Of a stretch of DNA of 64,000 bases, positions 28,834-42,331 are shown in pieces. Numbering within the stretch: the stretch's first letter is position 1; each line of letters opens with the position of its first letter. A program made the translations under genes and the position numbers. The stretch is from Eledone cirrhosa (Eukaryota), in the NCBI GenBank assembly GCA_964016885.1, contig OZ024746.1, positions 87,668,001-87,732,000 on the forward strand, written 5' to 3'. The notes under the pieces are model-generated. The model was given only the letters and a program-made list of their open reading frames with translations, made no database searches and was not told where the DNA came from.

Positions 28834-31800
28834 AGCTAAATGTATAAATATCTCTCTTGCTGAACGTATTAAAACCACAACGTTTAATTCAAAAACCAAA
28901 TAATGAAATATTACGTGTTATTGACAAAATAGGGGATGGATATTTACGACGGATAAAAACCCCAACATTTTGGCTCATCAATGCCTATTTATATGCCTTA
29001 GCAACGACAGTGAAGCATTATGTTTGTGATAGCAGAGATATTAACAAGAAGAGAACACTACCAAAAATACTATCATATATAACTAAAATAGAAAAAGAGA
29101 TTGCTGACCTACGAAAAACCATAGAATATGTGACAATGCTCCTTACATGCAAATAAACACAAACAAATCTCACTCCTCACCAACAAAGAGTGCAAAATAA
29201 AATAGAGACGATGTTTGGTAACAGTAGAACCAGAACTCTTCAATATAAACTGATCACCATCAAACAAGAATTGAGAGCTGTTAGCGAAAAACGCCGATAC
29301 CTGAAGAAGGTAGATGAGAGAAAAGTGCTTAATAAAAGATTCAGACGAAACCAAAGAGTCTAGAGAGATATGAAGAACAAAATAATAAGTGTTACCGAGG
29401 CCCCATCCCAGAAAGACATAGATTCCTTTTGGAGCAAAATATGGGGTGAAAAGAAGAATTTCAACCAAGATGCAGTGTGGCTAAGAGAAATCCGAAAGAA
29501 CTATTGCTCCTACACTACAACAAAATCATACAAAATAAGTGAGGGTACTCTTGAGACTGTGACAGGAAAACTCCAAGATAAGAAAACACCAGAAAGAGAC
29601 ATGATTGTCGGCTACTGGTACCAACAAGTTCTTAAGGGAGATACACTTATACCAGAATGGTTGACATTAACACAAAAATTACTGGTCCCCAAGAACAAAG
29701 ACACCCATTTGGCAAAAAATACCGACCCATTGCATGCCAGAACCTGATGTATAAGATGTATACAGTCTGACTGAACCTATTCCTCCAAGATCACTGTGAA
29801 AATAATAACATCATCACAGATGAAGAGGCACCTGGAAAGAAAGGGGTTTGGGGATGTGCTGAACAACTCCTAATCAACAAAACTGCGATGTCGGAGGTGC
29901 GACAACTTAGGAGGAATATGGCTACAGTCTGGCTGGACTACAGGAAAGCTTTCAATTCTGTTCACCACTCTTGGATGATAGAGGCTTTCCAACTTGCTAA
30001 AGTCCTAGACATTATTGTCAGAGCCATAGAGAGGCTGTTTTCTTCTTGGACTACTATCCTAAGGTTAAAAACAGAGAGGGAGGACTCTATTTTCACTGAT
30101 AAAATAAAATATTGCAGGGTTATATTTCAGGGGAACAGTCTCTCTGTGATATTATTCAACTTGTTATTAAGCCCATTGTCTTTTCTGCTCAAGAAATGTC
30201 AGGGATACATCATTGGCTCACAGGAAGAGAAATACGAACCTAACCCATAATTTCTTTGTGGACGATCTGAAACTCTATGCCAAGAACATGGATGTGATGA
30301 AGAAACATCTTGACCTGGTTACAACGTTCTCAGTGGATATAGGAATGGAGTTTGGCCAAGATAAATGCTCATACATGATTGTAAAGCGGGGAAAAACAAC
30401 AACCCAATCTAGCAACATTGTCATCAATCGCCTAACTGTTTCACCGATATCTGATGAGGACTGCTACAGATACCTGGGGATAGATGAGAACATATCCTAT
30501 AATGGTATATGTAATAAAGAACGCGTAACCACGGAATACTACACCAGATTAAGATCTGGTCATCCGAACTCTCTGCGCAAAACAAAACAGTGGCTCACAA
30601 TGTGTTTGCTGTGCCTATCCTAACACCAACGTTTGGAATACTCAATTTGACGATAGACGAAATCCGAGCAGTTGATGTTGGAACTCGAACAATACTAAAC
30701 AACACCGGAAACTTCCACATCAATAGTGATATAGACCGCCTTTACTTGAAACGTAAGCAAGGAGGCAGCGGCCTAACATCAGTCCAGACAACATTTGAAT
30801 GTCACATCATATCTCTCCGACAACATCTACGAACCTCGAAGCGTAGGAGCCCGTTTCTTGAGCAAGTATATCTGCATGAAACAGATAAGATCATGAGAGT
30901 TGGGAGGAAATCTTCGAGATATATTCCCTGTGTGATAATCAAAAACTCACACCCAGGGAAGTCGCTCAGCAGTATCGCAGTGAATCCATGGATGGAAAAC
31001 TGCATGTTTATCAGCAAAAAATTATGCATGGATATGTTGCCAGGAAGCTCCAGAGTGAGAGTAATATAGATAAGGAGAATCGTCAATATTGTACCAACAA
31101 CCGCTATATTGGCTCCTACTTTGAAGGATACGCTTTTGCAATCCAAGAACAGTAGATTAACACGAAATACCTGATTCACAAAAGAGATAGGGATGCAGGC
31201 GAAACATCTAGATGTGATAACAAGTGCAGACTCTGCAGAACTAACATCGAGGATATCACCCATGTCATCAGCAGCTGTCCAAATATGTCATCGCGGTACT
31301 ATCTACCTATGGGGCATGATATAGTAGCCAAAACACTGTACACTGCAGTTCGTAAAAAAGATAGCCCCGATAATAAACACATTAAAAGCTACAGTAATGT
31401 GGAAGGCATCCATGCACATAATATTAAAAAGTACTGGCGGAATGTCCCAGTCAAAACCCCAATACAATGCAGGCATAGCAGACCAGATATTATGATATGG
31501 GACAGGAAGAAGAAAGCATGCACAGTGGTGGAAATTAGCTGCCCAGCAGATACCAATATAATATCAAATATTAGCGAAAAGGAGAATATTTATGCAGAAC
31601 TGATGAGAAATCTGCAGATACTCCAACCTGATTACAGCTTCAGATTTATTCCTGTGATTATTGGGGCACTGGGGTATGTTAGTAACTGCCTCAATACAAA
31701 TCTTGAGAAGCTAGGCTTCACAGGAACAGAAAGAACACGACGACTAATTAGGAAATTATAAGTACAATCCAATGGAACAGTAAAAATATGTAAAACATTC

Positions 31801-32038
31801 CAAAAATTGTGCATCTAATAACTACATATGCACATGTACAGATACAAAGCATATACATATGCACACATACAACTCAAAACATACACATCCAAACATGCAG
31901 ACATGCATACATAATGTACCTAGTTGATGTTGTGTAAATTCCAATGAGAGAGTCATGTGTCTATGTTAGAAACCTACTCTCTCTATATTGGTAAACATTT
32001 GTGAAATTATAAAACCAGAAGAACATACATATATATGT

Positions 32039-32088
<50 letters not shown>

Positions 32089-32809
32089 CCGTGTGCGTGT
32101 GTGTGTGTGTATGTGTGTGTGATAGTGTCTATTTTATCTATATCCTATTGTATATCCTCTTTCATTAATTCTTTAGATTATATTTTTGTATATTTTCAAT
32201 TCCATTGTTTTCTTAAGAAATTTCCATTTTTTTTTTCAGTCACACCTTTTTCCATACGTGGCCGTTAGATGAGTCACTATGATATGACATTACTCACTTT
32301 ATTTATATGATTATATTAAACTGGTTGCTGGAATTTTCCTGGGTTACTGTGTCAAACATAGTTATAAAACCGGTGTGGTAGGACTCAAAAGGAGGAATAA
32401 TGAAAACATAACAAGAAAACCAACACTTCTTTCCTTTGTACCTGTACGTTTATCATAAATTATATTGGTGTCGACTCAAAATATTTTAGGTAAATCAGTT
32501 ATGCAAACATTGTAAAAGCCCCAGCAATAGTTTGAAAGTATCTACGATTTAACGTGAAATTTTCGTTTTCATTGTAGCACATTGAACCTGTCGGAGGATT
32601 AAGTGATGGGTATATAATTATATATTAAGTACTACACAAATAATACTAATAAAATGAGGAGTTAATTCAGTCGAACAACTAGAATACGCATCTTCGAAAT
32701 CAAAGTATCATCTATTAAACTAAATGTTAAACAACAAAATCTGATGTCACCATAGCTCCGAGAGATAAGAATTACTACACACACGCACACACACACACGC
32801 ACACACACT

Positions 32810-32909
<100 letters not shown>

Positions 32910-32983
32910 CATATACACACTATCGTCCTCAGTTAGGGTAAAAAAACTGCGAAGTCTCCCTATAGCTGTGAAAGTCGCTGGAC

Positions 32984-33213
32984 ATCAATCAAATCTGTAG
33001 AATTACAGTCGGTCACAGTTAATGTGAGTGGGTACAGACACACTCACGATACATGACGCGAGGTCAAAGAAAAGAAATATATATATACATACCAACATAC
33101 CATCAAATCTGTAGAACTATAGACGGTCACAGTTAGTGTGCGTGAGTACATACACACACTCACACACCGACACGAGGTTAAAGAAAAAAGAAAAATACAA
33201 ATATACCAATATA
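32984..33213. repeat. Diverged tandem duplication of ~115 bp
   Basis: atcaaatctgtagaa...ggtcacagtt...cacactcac...cgagg occurs twice. Confidence 0.85.
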
Positions 33214-33817
33214 ATATTCAACGAAAGTTAGTTTACAAAACAACAAAAGATATATATATATATATATACATATATCTATTCCATTTTTAAGCAATTTAAA
33301 TTTTGAAATCTGCATAACTAATAGCTGCGGCACCGCATGGGGGGAATCAATTAAACATTTATAGGTGTCAACTCAAATATCACAACTTATATAGGTGTCA
33401 ACTATATGATTTGATCAATATATTCTAATTGAATTTGCATTTAATCATCTTTCAAACTTAATATTTACCTCATTTTTTACTCATAAACAGCCACATTCAC
33501 AAAAACATATACGCGCACACACTGGTGTGTGTAAATATATGTGTAAGGTTGTGTAAGTTTATATATAGATATATATATATTTATATATATATATTTTTTT
33601 TTTCAATCACATTTTTTTCAATCACATTTTTTTATTTATTTGACCCGAATTACTTGGTCGTTTCTATGGCCGTGCGGATGACGGTTTAACCATCGTCTCG
33701 GTGTGTTTGGCCTTTAACATATGTTGTAGCTAGGGTTCGTCAGAATTATTGAGCGCTTGCCACACATCTCGGAAGTTGTTTTTCGCTAATTCCAAAGCCG
33801 AAATACGATTCTCGCTA

Positions 33818-33848
<31 letters not shown>

Positions 33849-33851
<3 letters not shown>

Positions 33852-34475
33852 TGAATCTTCGCTTATCCGGAAGGCCAAAACCAAACAGTTACAAACATAT
33901 CCGGTTAAGTGAAATATCCTGATAAGTGAATTCTAAAATCCCATTGTTACATAATGCTCGTGGTTTCTAATGTTTTGGCTTCTTTTAGTTAAAATAAATG
34001 ACAAATGCTAAGTAAAGAAAGTGTATTAGAATAACAAAAGAACAGCAAGAATTTATAAGAAAATTAATTAAAGAAACTTAAGAATAACTAAAAACTGGTT
34101 TAAATTGAATTGAGTCAAACCATAAAAAGTTAGTACTTTTTTAAACATGAATAAATAGAACATTGTTTTCGCGCCGAAGCTCTTCGTTCCTCTACCATTT
34201 CCACGCAACAGTTGAACGGTCAACCACATGCCTCATGTTTATCGCACGTAAAAATGGAATCATTCTCGTGTACCCTTTTCCGATCAAATCCCGCAGCAAT
34301 TGTTTTCTGTAAATCCGCTTTAGTGTCTCCAAAACTCCCTGGTCCATTGGCTGAATAAGTGACGTAACGTTCGCCGGCAGAAATGCTGCCCCAATCAGTC
34401 CGTCTGCCGAAATTAAGTCCTCCTCATCCGGAGGTAGTATAGAAATAACCGTCCGGTAAATCGAATTACGGATAA
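33849..34475. mobile_element. Probable DNA transposon relic
   Basis: TA|CAGTGAATCTTCGCTTATCCGG terminus with repeated ccgg.taag motifs (pogo/Tigger-like end); the other end is incomplete. Confidence 0.4.
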
Positions 34476-34543
34476 TATATATTTATTTATATTTATTAAT
34501 ATATATATATATTTATTAAAATATATATATATATATTTAATAA

Positions 34544-34582
<39 letters not shown>

Positions 34583-34585
<3 letters not shown>

Positions 34586-34688
34586 TAATTGTTTCTACAT
34601 TAGGCACAAGGCCAGCAATTACCCACTGCATTACTGGTACTTTATTTTATCGACCACGTAAGGATGATAGGCAAAGTCAACCTCGGCG
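34583..34688 (-). mobile_element. 5'-truncated SINE
   Basis: Family core and tail. Confidence 0.88.
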
Positions 34689-34697
34689 TAGCTACGT

Positions 34698-34876
34698 TTA
34701 CTCTTAACGGGATCTTATATATCTGGTATAGATTTATCCTTATCGAGCCCTCTTTGGATTTTAGTCTTCAAATTTATTAGTATATAGTAATAATAATAAA
34801 TTTGAAGACTAAAATCCAAAGAGGGCTCGATAAGTATAAATATATATCAGATATATAAGATCCCGTTAAGAGTGAA
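34698..34876. repeat. ~80-bp-arm hairpin made of a dispersed repeat end
   Basis: ctcttaacgggatc...cttcaaatttatta / taataaatttgaag...gatcccgttaagag; single arms also at ~37170-37243 and ~43329-43375 next to (TA)n. Confidence 0.9.
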
Positions 34877-34933
34877 AGCACCGATTCTTTGCTTAAAAAC
34901 ATTAATCTGTTATTTTAATAAATATATATATAT

Positions 34934-35500
34934 GTATAAATGTAATAGAATGAAACGAAATTTCATTTCTCACAATTAGTAGGGCACTTACTTAAATGTA
35001 AGTATGTATGTATGTATACGTACATACATATATATATATACAGATGTACAGCAGTATGTATATATATACATACATGCACACATATATATATGTACGTATC
35101 GGTTTACCGAACATTTATTATAATGCTCGGTTTGTTTGTAAACAAACAAACAGCCCGAATTACGCCGTACAGTGTTTAGGCAACCACGTCACCTTTATGT
35201 TCAACACTGAGACAGGAACGATGTACTACTTTCAAGCTTATTAGCTATCGTCAGCATCGTATACCTTCCTACCAGATGGTTGAACGTCTGAAAGTATATA
35301 CTTTCCTTATGCTTATTAACGGCTGAGCAGCCTAATTTGCACATCGAGTGAGTTCAGTCGGCCGGACACACCGAAAACGATAAATGGAATTCGTTTCATT
35401 CTATTCCATTTATAGTTTTCGGTGTGCCCGGCCGACTGAACTCACTCGATATGCAAATTAGGCTGCTCAGCCAATAATATGCATAAGGAAAGTATATATA
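34934..35500 (-). mobile_element. Non-coding PLE-like insert, family B, with hammerhead and terminal fold-back
   Basis: Inverted arms ~35296-35390 and ~35403-35498; the element start recurs inverted at ~35390-35412; related pieces at 39533-39670 and 50488-50745. Confidence 0.78.
35218..35260 (-). ncRNA. Minimal type I hammerhead motif
   Basis: ACGATG-CTGACGA-TAGC.TAATAA.GCTT-GAAA-GTAG-TA-CATCGT; perfect 6-bp stem I. Confidence 0.78.
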
Positions 35501-35581
35501 TATATGTATATATATATATTTATTTATTAAATATATAATAATATATATATATATATTAATGAAAATTTATATATATATTTA

Positions 35582-36441
35582 TATATATATATATAAATCT
35601 GAGGATGTCTGTCTGTGTGTGTGTGTGAGTTCGAATTCCTAAAACTCGAGAACCACCAAACCGACTGTTTTCGAACTTTACGTATGTAATACTAATGTTT
35701 CAGTGAGTGTTCTGAGCCGAAAATAGTTCAAATTGCGATCTCTCTCTATAATGCTTAGTCTTTCTCTGTTTAGATAGATACATACATATAACGTCGCGCC
35801 CTTATAATATCTGTCTGTATGTGTGGCTGTCTGCATTACGACACTTACCTGAGGATGACTGTGTGTGTGTGTGTGTGTCTGTGAGTTTGAATCTCTAAAA
35901 ATCGAGAAGTACCCAACCGATATTTTTCAAACTTTACATGTGTATTACTTATGTTTCAGTGATTGTTACGCACATAAAATCCACTTTTTGATCTCCTAGG
36001 GCCCGCATTCGGAGAAAAACTGCTTTTTTAAAAGCTTTTTAGGGGTCTTTTGGGGCGATACGTCTAGCCGATTTAACTGTGTATTAGTCAGTCTCTTCTC
36101 CATATCGTCAGCAAAGAAAATCTATCTTTTTTATGGCCTAGGGCACGCATTAGGTGAAAAACTTAATTGTTTCAGCTTTTTTGGGCTTTTTGAATTCGTT
36201 ACTTCTAGAAGACTTTGCCGAAATTTCAAGGCACATTATGCACATAAAACGATTTCATTAGGTGAAAACCTGCATTTTTCCTGTTTCATCGAGGAAAATC
36301 TTAAAGATTATCCAGCCATGAAAGAATTAGGTTTATTTTCTTTACATATTGTCCAAGCATGCAGTTTTTCCACGATTAGGTCTGTTGGCGGCTCGCCTTA
36401 CAAAATACCTCATCCCGTGCAACGCCGGGTACCACTGCTAG
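35582..36441 (+). mobile_element. Chimeric non-autonomous Helitron with two 5' ends
   Basis: 35590-35845 resembles the 5' part of the 15466-16446 element; 35848-36441 resembles 6129-6751; ends cccgtgcaacgccgggtaccactgCTAG|T. Confidence 0.8.
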
Positions 36442-36899
36442 TACATATATATATTTATTTATCATACATACACATACAAACATAAATGTGTCTGTGTGTG
36501 TATGTCCGTGCATACTCAAAATCATACAAACGTACACAAATATACACACATAAATACGTATATAACGCGCGCACATACATACAATATAACGTGCGCACAT
36601 ACATACCTACATGTAAATACACATATGTTCGCTAAACGAACGTCACCCAAAACGTAAAGTACACATATACACACACCCTACATACGTGCAAAACCGCATG
36701 CACACGCAAACGCTAAACTCACGTTTACACATAACCATATACACATGTACCAGTATATATGATATAATATATGCGCCAATAAGAAGTACAAGAAAATATA
36801 CATACGAGAAAGTATAAGTACCTTCGCAAAACATACAGTTAATATATACTTACCTATACAAATAAGTAATGGTATAAGCATATACTTAGCTACCACATC

Positions 36900-37085
36900 A
36901 GGACGTAAATTATCCCCGTATAGTTCGTACTATCCGTTAGGGTATAATGTGGGGTTGTAATACAGAAAATTGTTCTGGAATTTATGTTTACAAGCCGAAA
37001 TTGCCTCAGATTTGTTGTTTAAGATGGCGTAGAGTATTTCCAGGTTGCAGCATTTTTCGAAATATTTTCTTCTGCGTTCACAGAT
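36900..37085 (-). mobile_element. Penelope C-terminal relic
   Basis: Manual translation LEILYAILNNKSEAISACKHKF resembles the PLE end LNKRSE..S.CRH. Confidence 0.55.
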
Positions 37086-37237
37086 AGATTTTTTTTAGTT
37101 TCAGGATGAAAGCAACGATTCTTTGATTACAATTTAATCTGTTATTTTAATAAATATTTGCTCTACCGTTCTTATATATTTGATATATATTTATCCTTAT
37201 CGAGGCCTCTTTGGATTTTAGTCTTCAAATTTATTAT

Positions 37238-37300
<63 letters not shown>

Positions 37301-37536
37301 TGTAGGAACACATATTCTATTATTACTATCCTCCTCTATGTTGAGAAAAATATGTGGTCGTTCTGACTGCTGCTAGTTGTAGCGGTAGCCGACTGACTTG
37401 CCTGCCCCTGCCTCTATCTTTACTCGGCCCTTGAAAAAATTGATTCCACTTCATTTACTCTAATCTCAGGAACAATTTTGAATAGCGCCAGTTTGTAATT
37501 TAAGTTCGAGAATTTTATATTCTTCGAATGTAAAGA

Positions 37537-37620
37537 ACCTTCTGACGAGAATCTTTCTTTGCAACGAAGGCCGTATGGACTCCGTTTATTTTTGAGATTC
37601 GAAACCGATTCGGTAAAGGT
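37537..37620 (+). ncRNA. Type I hammerhead motif (family E) in a ~390-bp insert between (TA)n tracts
   Basis: ACCTT-CTGACGA-GAATCT[loop]AGATTC-GAAA-CCGATTCGG-TA-AAGGT; all three stems pair. Confidence 0.88.
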
Positions 37621-37687
37621 AACTATACTAGGTAATGTTAATTTTTCTTAATTTATTTTGAAACTTATTCCTTATTTGCTAAACCTT

Positions 37688-37908
<221 letters not shown>

Positions 37909-37917
37909 GATATATAT

Positions 37918-38053
37918 AAATGATATTAATGAGTGGAAACTATCTTTATGAAACCATATTTATTTTATTATATATATGTCAAGGTTACCAACAGTTTGGT
38001 ACGCTTCATCAGATGAAATACAAAAGTTGTTTTATAAATAGTGACATATCCAG
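37918..38053 (-). mobile_element. Family A single arm (copy 3), hammerhead degraded
   Basis: Aligns to the left arms of other family A copies; GAAA mutated. Confidence 0.75.
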
Positions 38054-38329
38054 AAAACAAGAACATATAAATAACAAAGAGGGTGTGATGAGATACCAGG
38101 TGAACTATAACACACCACAGTAATCAATAATTAGGGTAGTAGAGTTTAACGAATGGTAAAACATTACTTAGGCATTCTCGACTGCTACTGACATTCTGTG
38201 GCAAGTTCTCAGAACAAAAAAAATAAAGGGAAAATATGGTTTTCGTTCATAAAAAAAATATTGTTGTTGATAGTGACGCTATCATATATTTACTGAATAG
38301 AAATATATGGTAAATGATATCATATACAA

Positions 38330-38392
<63 letters not shown>

Positions 38393-39220
38393 TAAATATA
38401 TATATATATATACTTATAGATAAGATACTTAAATTTAGAAATTGTTTATAACCTTATATAATAGAGACTCATTTGAAACACCATTAATGTACTTTAGGAT
38501 AATAAATTTAACTATGAAAATAGGCTAGTTACCTCCCCTTACGCATTAATTCCCCTTAATCACACACACACTTCCGGAATATAATACAATGTCATCTCTC
38601 ACAACAAAAACAACCTGATCTTTGAATCGAATTAAGGAACGACAAGCTATGATTTATAGCAGGCACCCAATGTTGAATCATCGTGGATTGTGTGATGGAT
38701 ATGTAGTCTATAAATTGCGTTTCCTGGATTGTGTGAGTGGTGGTGGGTGCGAGGACAGTGGTGTTGTTTTGCTTCACATTTGTAACATTTTTGATATTTT
38801 TGGTGTTTCTCTACAAACGGGCTTATATATCGTAAAGGTGTGTGTGAAAAATACTTTAACAATACAGCCCCCATGATGCTATTGATTGCCTGCTTTAACT
38901 GCTTGTTTTAAATGTAACAATATGCCGCACTATAATCCTGTATAAATAAGATACGCGTGCATGCCACACGTGAGACTGTTTCATACACTGACTACTCTAG
39001 ACTTTCCTCTTGCTTTATCTTCATAAACTGCCAATGTTTTATTTTTATTTTTATTTTAACTTTAATTTTGTCCTTTAATATCATTGTAACCTTTGTATGT
39101 AAATTTCCATGCTATATTATTATGATGGATGTCAACCCACTGTGGGTCAATATATACATATGTTTTTATATGTCTCTTGTGTTGAAAAGGAGGTCAAGTA
39201 TGTGAAAAATCACTAAATAG

Positions 39221-39269
39221 TTGCTCCGAAGAATCCAAACCTCGGTTTGGAGGAAACAATTGTAAGCAA
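39221..39269 (+). ncRNA. Hammerhead motif (family F) with CCGAAGA core variant
   Basis: TTGCT-CCGAAGA-ATCCAAAC.CTCG.GTTTGGAG-GAAA-CAATTG-TA-AGCAA. Confidence 0.75.
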
Positions 39270-39305
39270 ATAAATGATTTAAACTGAACTTTGATTCATG
39301 TAACT

Positions 39306-39337
<32 letters not shown>

Positions 39338-39414
39338 ACGAAGGAAATGCGGTAAGGAACCAGATGGACCATAACGCACCAAAGTACGCAATACTTAGGG
39401 TAGTAGAGTGGGTA

Positions 39415-39493
39415 ATAGGAACGAGTAATGCCCCGACGGCTGAGCTCAAGCCGTTTCGACGGCTTGAGCTCAGTCGTCGGGGTCCTACTCGTT

Positions 39494-39498
<5 letters not shown>
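39415..39498. repeat. GC-rich ~40-bp-arm hairpin abutting (TA)n
   Basis: ataggaacgagta..ccccgacggctgagctcaagccgt / acggcttgagctcagtcgtcgggg..tactcgttcctat. Confidence 0.9.
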
Positions 39499-39536
<38 letters not shown>

Positions 39537-39662
39537 GGAAAAAATGAAACGAAAATTCATTTCTCACTCTTAGTACGGCTGTTACTTAAATATAAGTACG
39601 TATACGTACATACATATATGTATACAGACGTACAGTAGTATCTATATATATATACATACATG

Positions 39663-39740
<78 letters not shown>

Positions 39741-39755
39741 GATATATATATATAG

Positions 39756-40890
39756 ATCCATAATTAAGGCCGTGGTCAAGAGTGTCTCGGACAGGATCTC
39801 CAACCTGTCCACCAATGAGGAAATCATCGATACCAACGCAGAGTATTACAACGCATCTCTAAATAAAGCACCGCATGGCCGAAATACATCTTATATTCGG
39901 AGGCGCCATGATGGGGATAGCCCATCGTACCCCCTGACCTAGGAAGAGGGGAAACCACTAAACCCCATGAACCCGACACCAACATATTAGCGAAAAGGAC
40001 GAGTACCCCTAGCCATGGGAGGAAACCCAGTACGAGTAGCGGTCTCAGAGGTGATACTAACCACCCCGGGTCTGGCGCCCCCAACCGCAACACAGGAAGC
40101 TGGACGGATGGAGGATCATCCCATTGTAGTACTCCCAGCGTGTGCAACAACCACCCCACGGGTACGGGCCTGGAAGCTACCATAACACATAGCGCCCAAA
40201 GGGGAAGCAACAATGCGGGAACCACTAGCAACCCAACAACTCCCCAATAGCCCACAGCCCGCTCAACCCACTCACATACAAATAGACGTAGAAAAATCAG
40301 GTGGTAAAACCTACCGTACACATCGGACCTAAAGATCACTCTTCAACAGGCACACTGTGCACCTCATGTATTCTACCAGCACATAGCTGGCATCAATAGG
40401 GTAGACTTAGAAACTACACACAACCAGAAGCTGGCAATATAAGCACCCAACAAAGCCATGTGGAGGGAAGGAAAGGTTGACCCGGTACGGACCCTGTGAA
40501 TCCAAACAGATCCAGGGACCTACCACCGGGCCCAGGTGAAGACCACCCTATAATACGCAACGGGAACCTCACATTGGGCACTAGGGGATCGACCAGCTCC
40601 TGCAGATGCCCCACATTATGCCGCTTTACTAATGAATGCCTAAGGAAGAATTTAATATACGGATAAAGATTAAAACAAAACATTTCTGAGCACCTTTACA
40701 TAGGAGCCACATCAGCGAGCTTCAAAGACCGATGGTATAACCATCGCCATTCATTTAATATGAAGGACAACAGGAAAAGTATGGCTCTTTCCAAACTGAT
40801 CTGGATGTTCACACTAGACAGGACCCCGTATTCTCTGGCCTGGTCCAAAATTAGGAAATTACCACCTTATAGAGGGAGATCTGGCATCCT
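39756..40890 (+). mobile_element. Second Penelope-like element, 3' part (thumb to GIY-YIG), decayed
   Basis: Manual translation: [15 protein letters not shown]...YYNASLNKA; FNRHTVHLMYST; NECLRKNLIY; LYIGATSASFKDRWYNHRHSF...ALSKLIW...WSKIRKLPPY. Confidence 0.88.
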
Positions 40891-40917
40891 TGCTGGATGA
40901 TATTTAATTTGATATAT

Positions 40918-41445
<528 letters not shown>

Positions 41446-42251
41446 TGTAGGTATGTGCGTATGTGTATGCATGTACGTGTATCTATGTATGTATATGTGT
41501 GCATATATATATATATGTGTCTGTGTATGTATGTATGCACGTATGCATGTGTAGGTGTGTGTTTGTGTATCTTTGAATGTATATATATATAGAGAGAGAG
41601 ATATATGTGCATATATTTATATGTATATTTATGTGCCAGGTTTTTTTCTGCGTGTGTGTATCTTGGTGTATGTGTGGTTGTACGTAATGTGATCGTAATT
41701 TGGATCAATGCTTTTATAAGTGTTAAACAATTAAGGAATGTATTGCAAAATATGAAGATAATTTCCAACAGAGTTTAGCATTTGTAGAATATAGGTGTAA
41801 CATTCTGTCATTTGTTTAGCAACATTCGGTGCAATGATTGAAGAGTCAATTCATGCAACTTCGTGATGTGACTGCATTTCGAGGAGCATGCTGTGAAATT
41901 TGCTATCGTATGATAGCTTCAATTGTTACAGTAGAATAACACCATCTTATTCAATACACATAAGATCAAGTGGAGACTTATACAAGTGTGTTCAATGTAC
42001 GTCGCCAAGTTATTAATGTCTTCGAATCGAGTTTATAATGCCATATATTAGATAATTGAACGGAAGTGCGTTGAGTCTTTAACAGAGACACTTTCTTTCA
42101 TATTGTTCTATTTAATATTCTAATCAACTGAAAAATAAATGAATTCCACGGTTAAACATTGAAAAGGTTTGGTCACTTGTCCAATTATATTTTCATGATT
42201 TATAATTATATTATAAATATGAATATATAATTATATGTATGAATATATATA

Positions 42252-42326
<75 letters not shown>

Positions 42327-42331
<5 letters not shown>

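Larger units (their letters stand above)
28140..32022 (+). mobile_element. Decayed R4/Dong-like non-LTR retrotransposon (RT + CCHC + restriction-like endonuclease)
   Basis: FWSKIWG, WLDYRKAFNSVHHSW, IFQGNSLS, FFVDDLKLYA, YRYLGI, RLYLKRKQGGSGL, CRLC..ED.THV..SC, HDIVAK, RPDIMIWD..VVEISCP across frameshifted ORFs. Confidence 0.92.

Noticed and set aside
39824-40339. 171-aa hydrophobic minus-strand ORF
   Set aside because: Antisense to the Penelope linker region on the plus strand.
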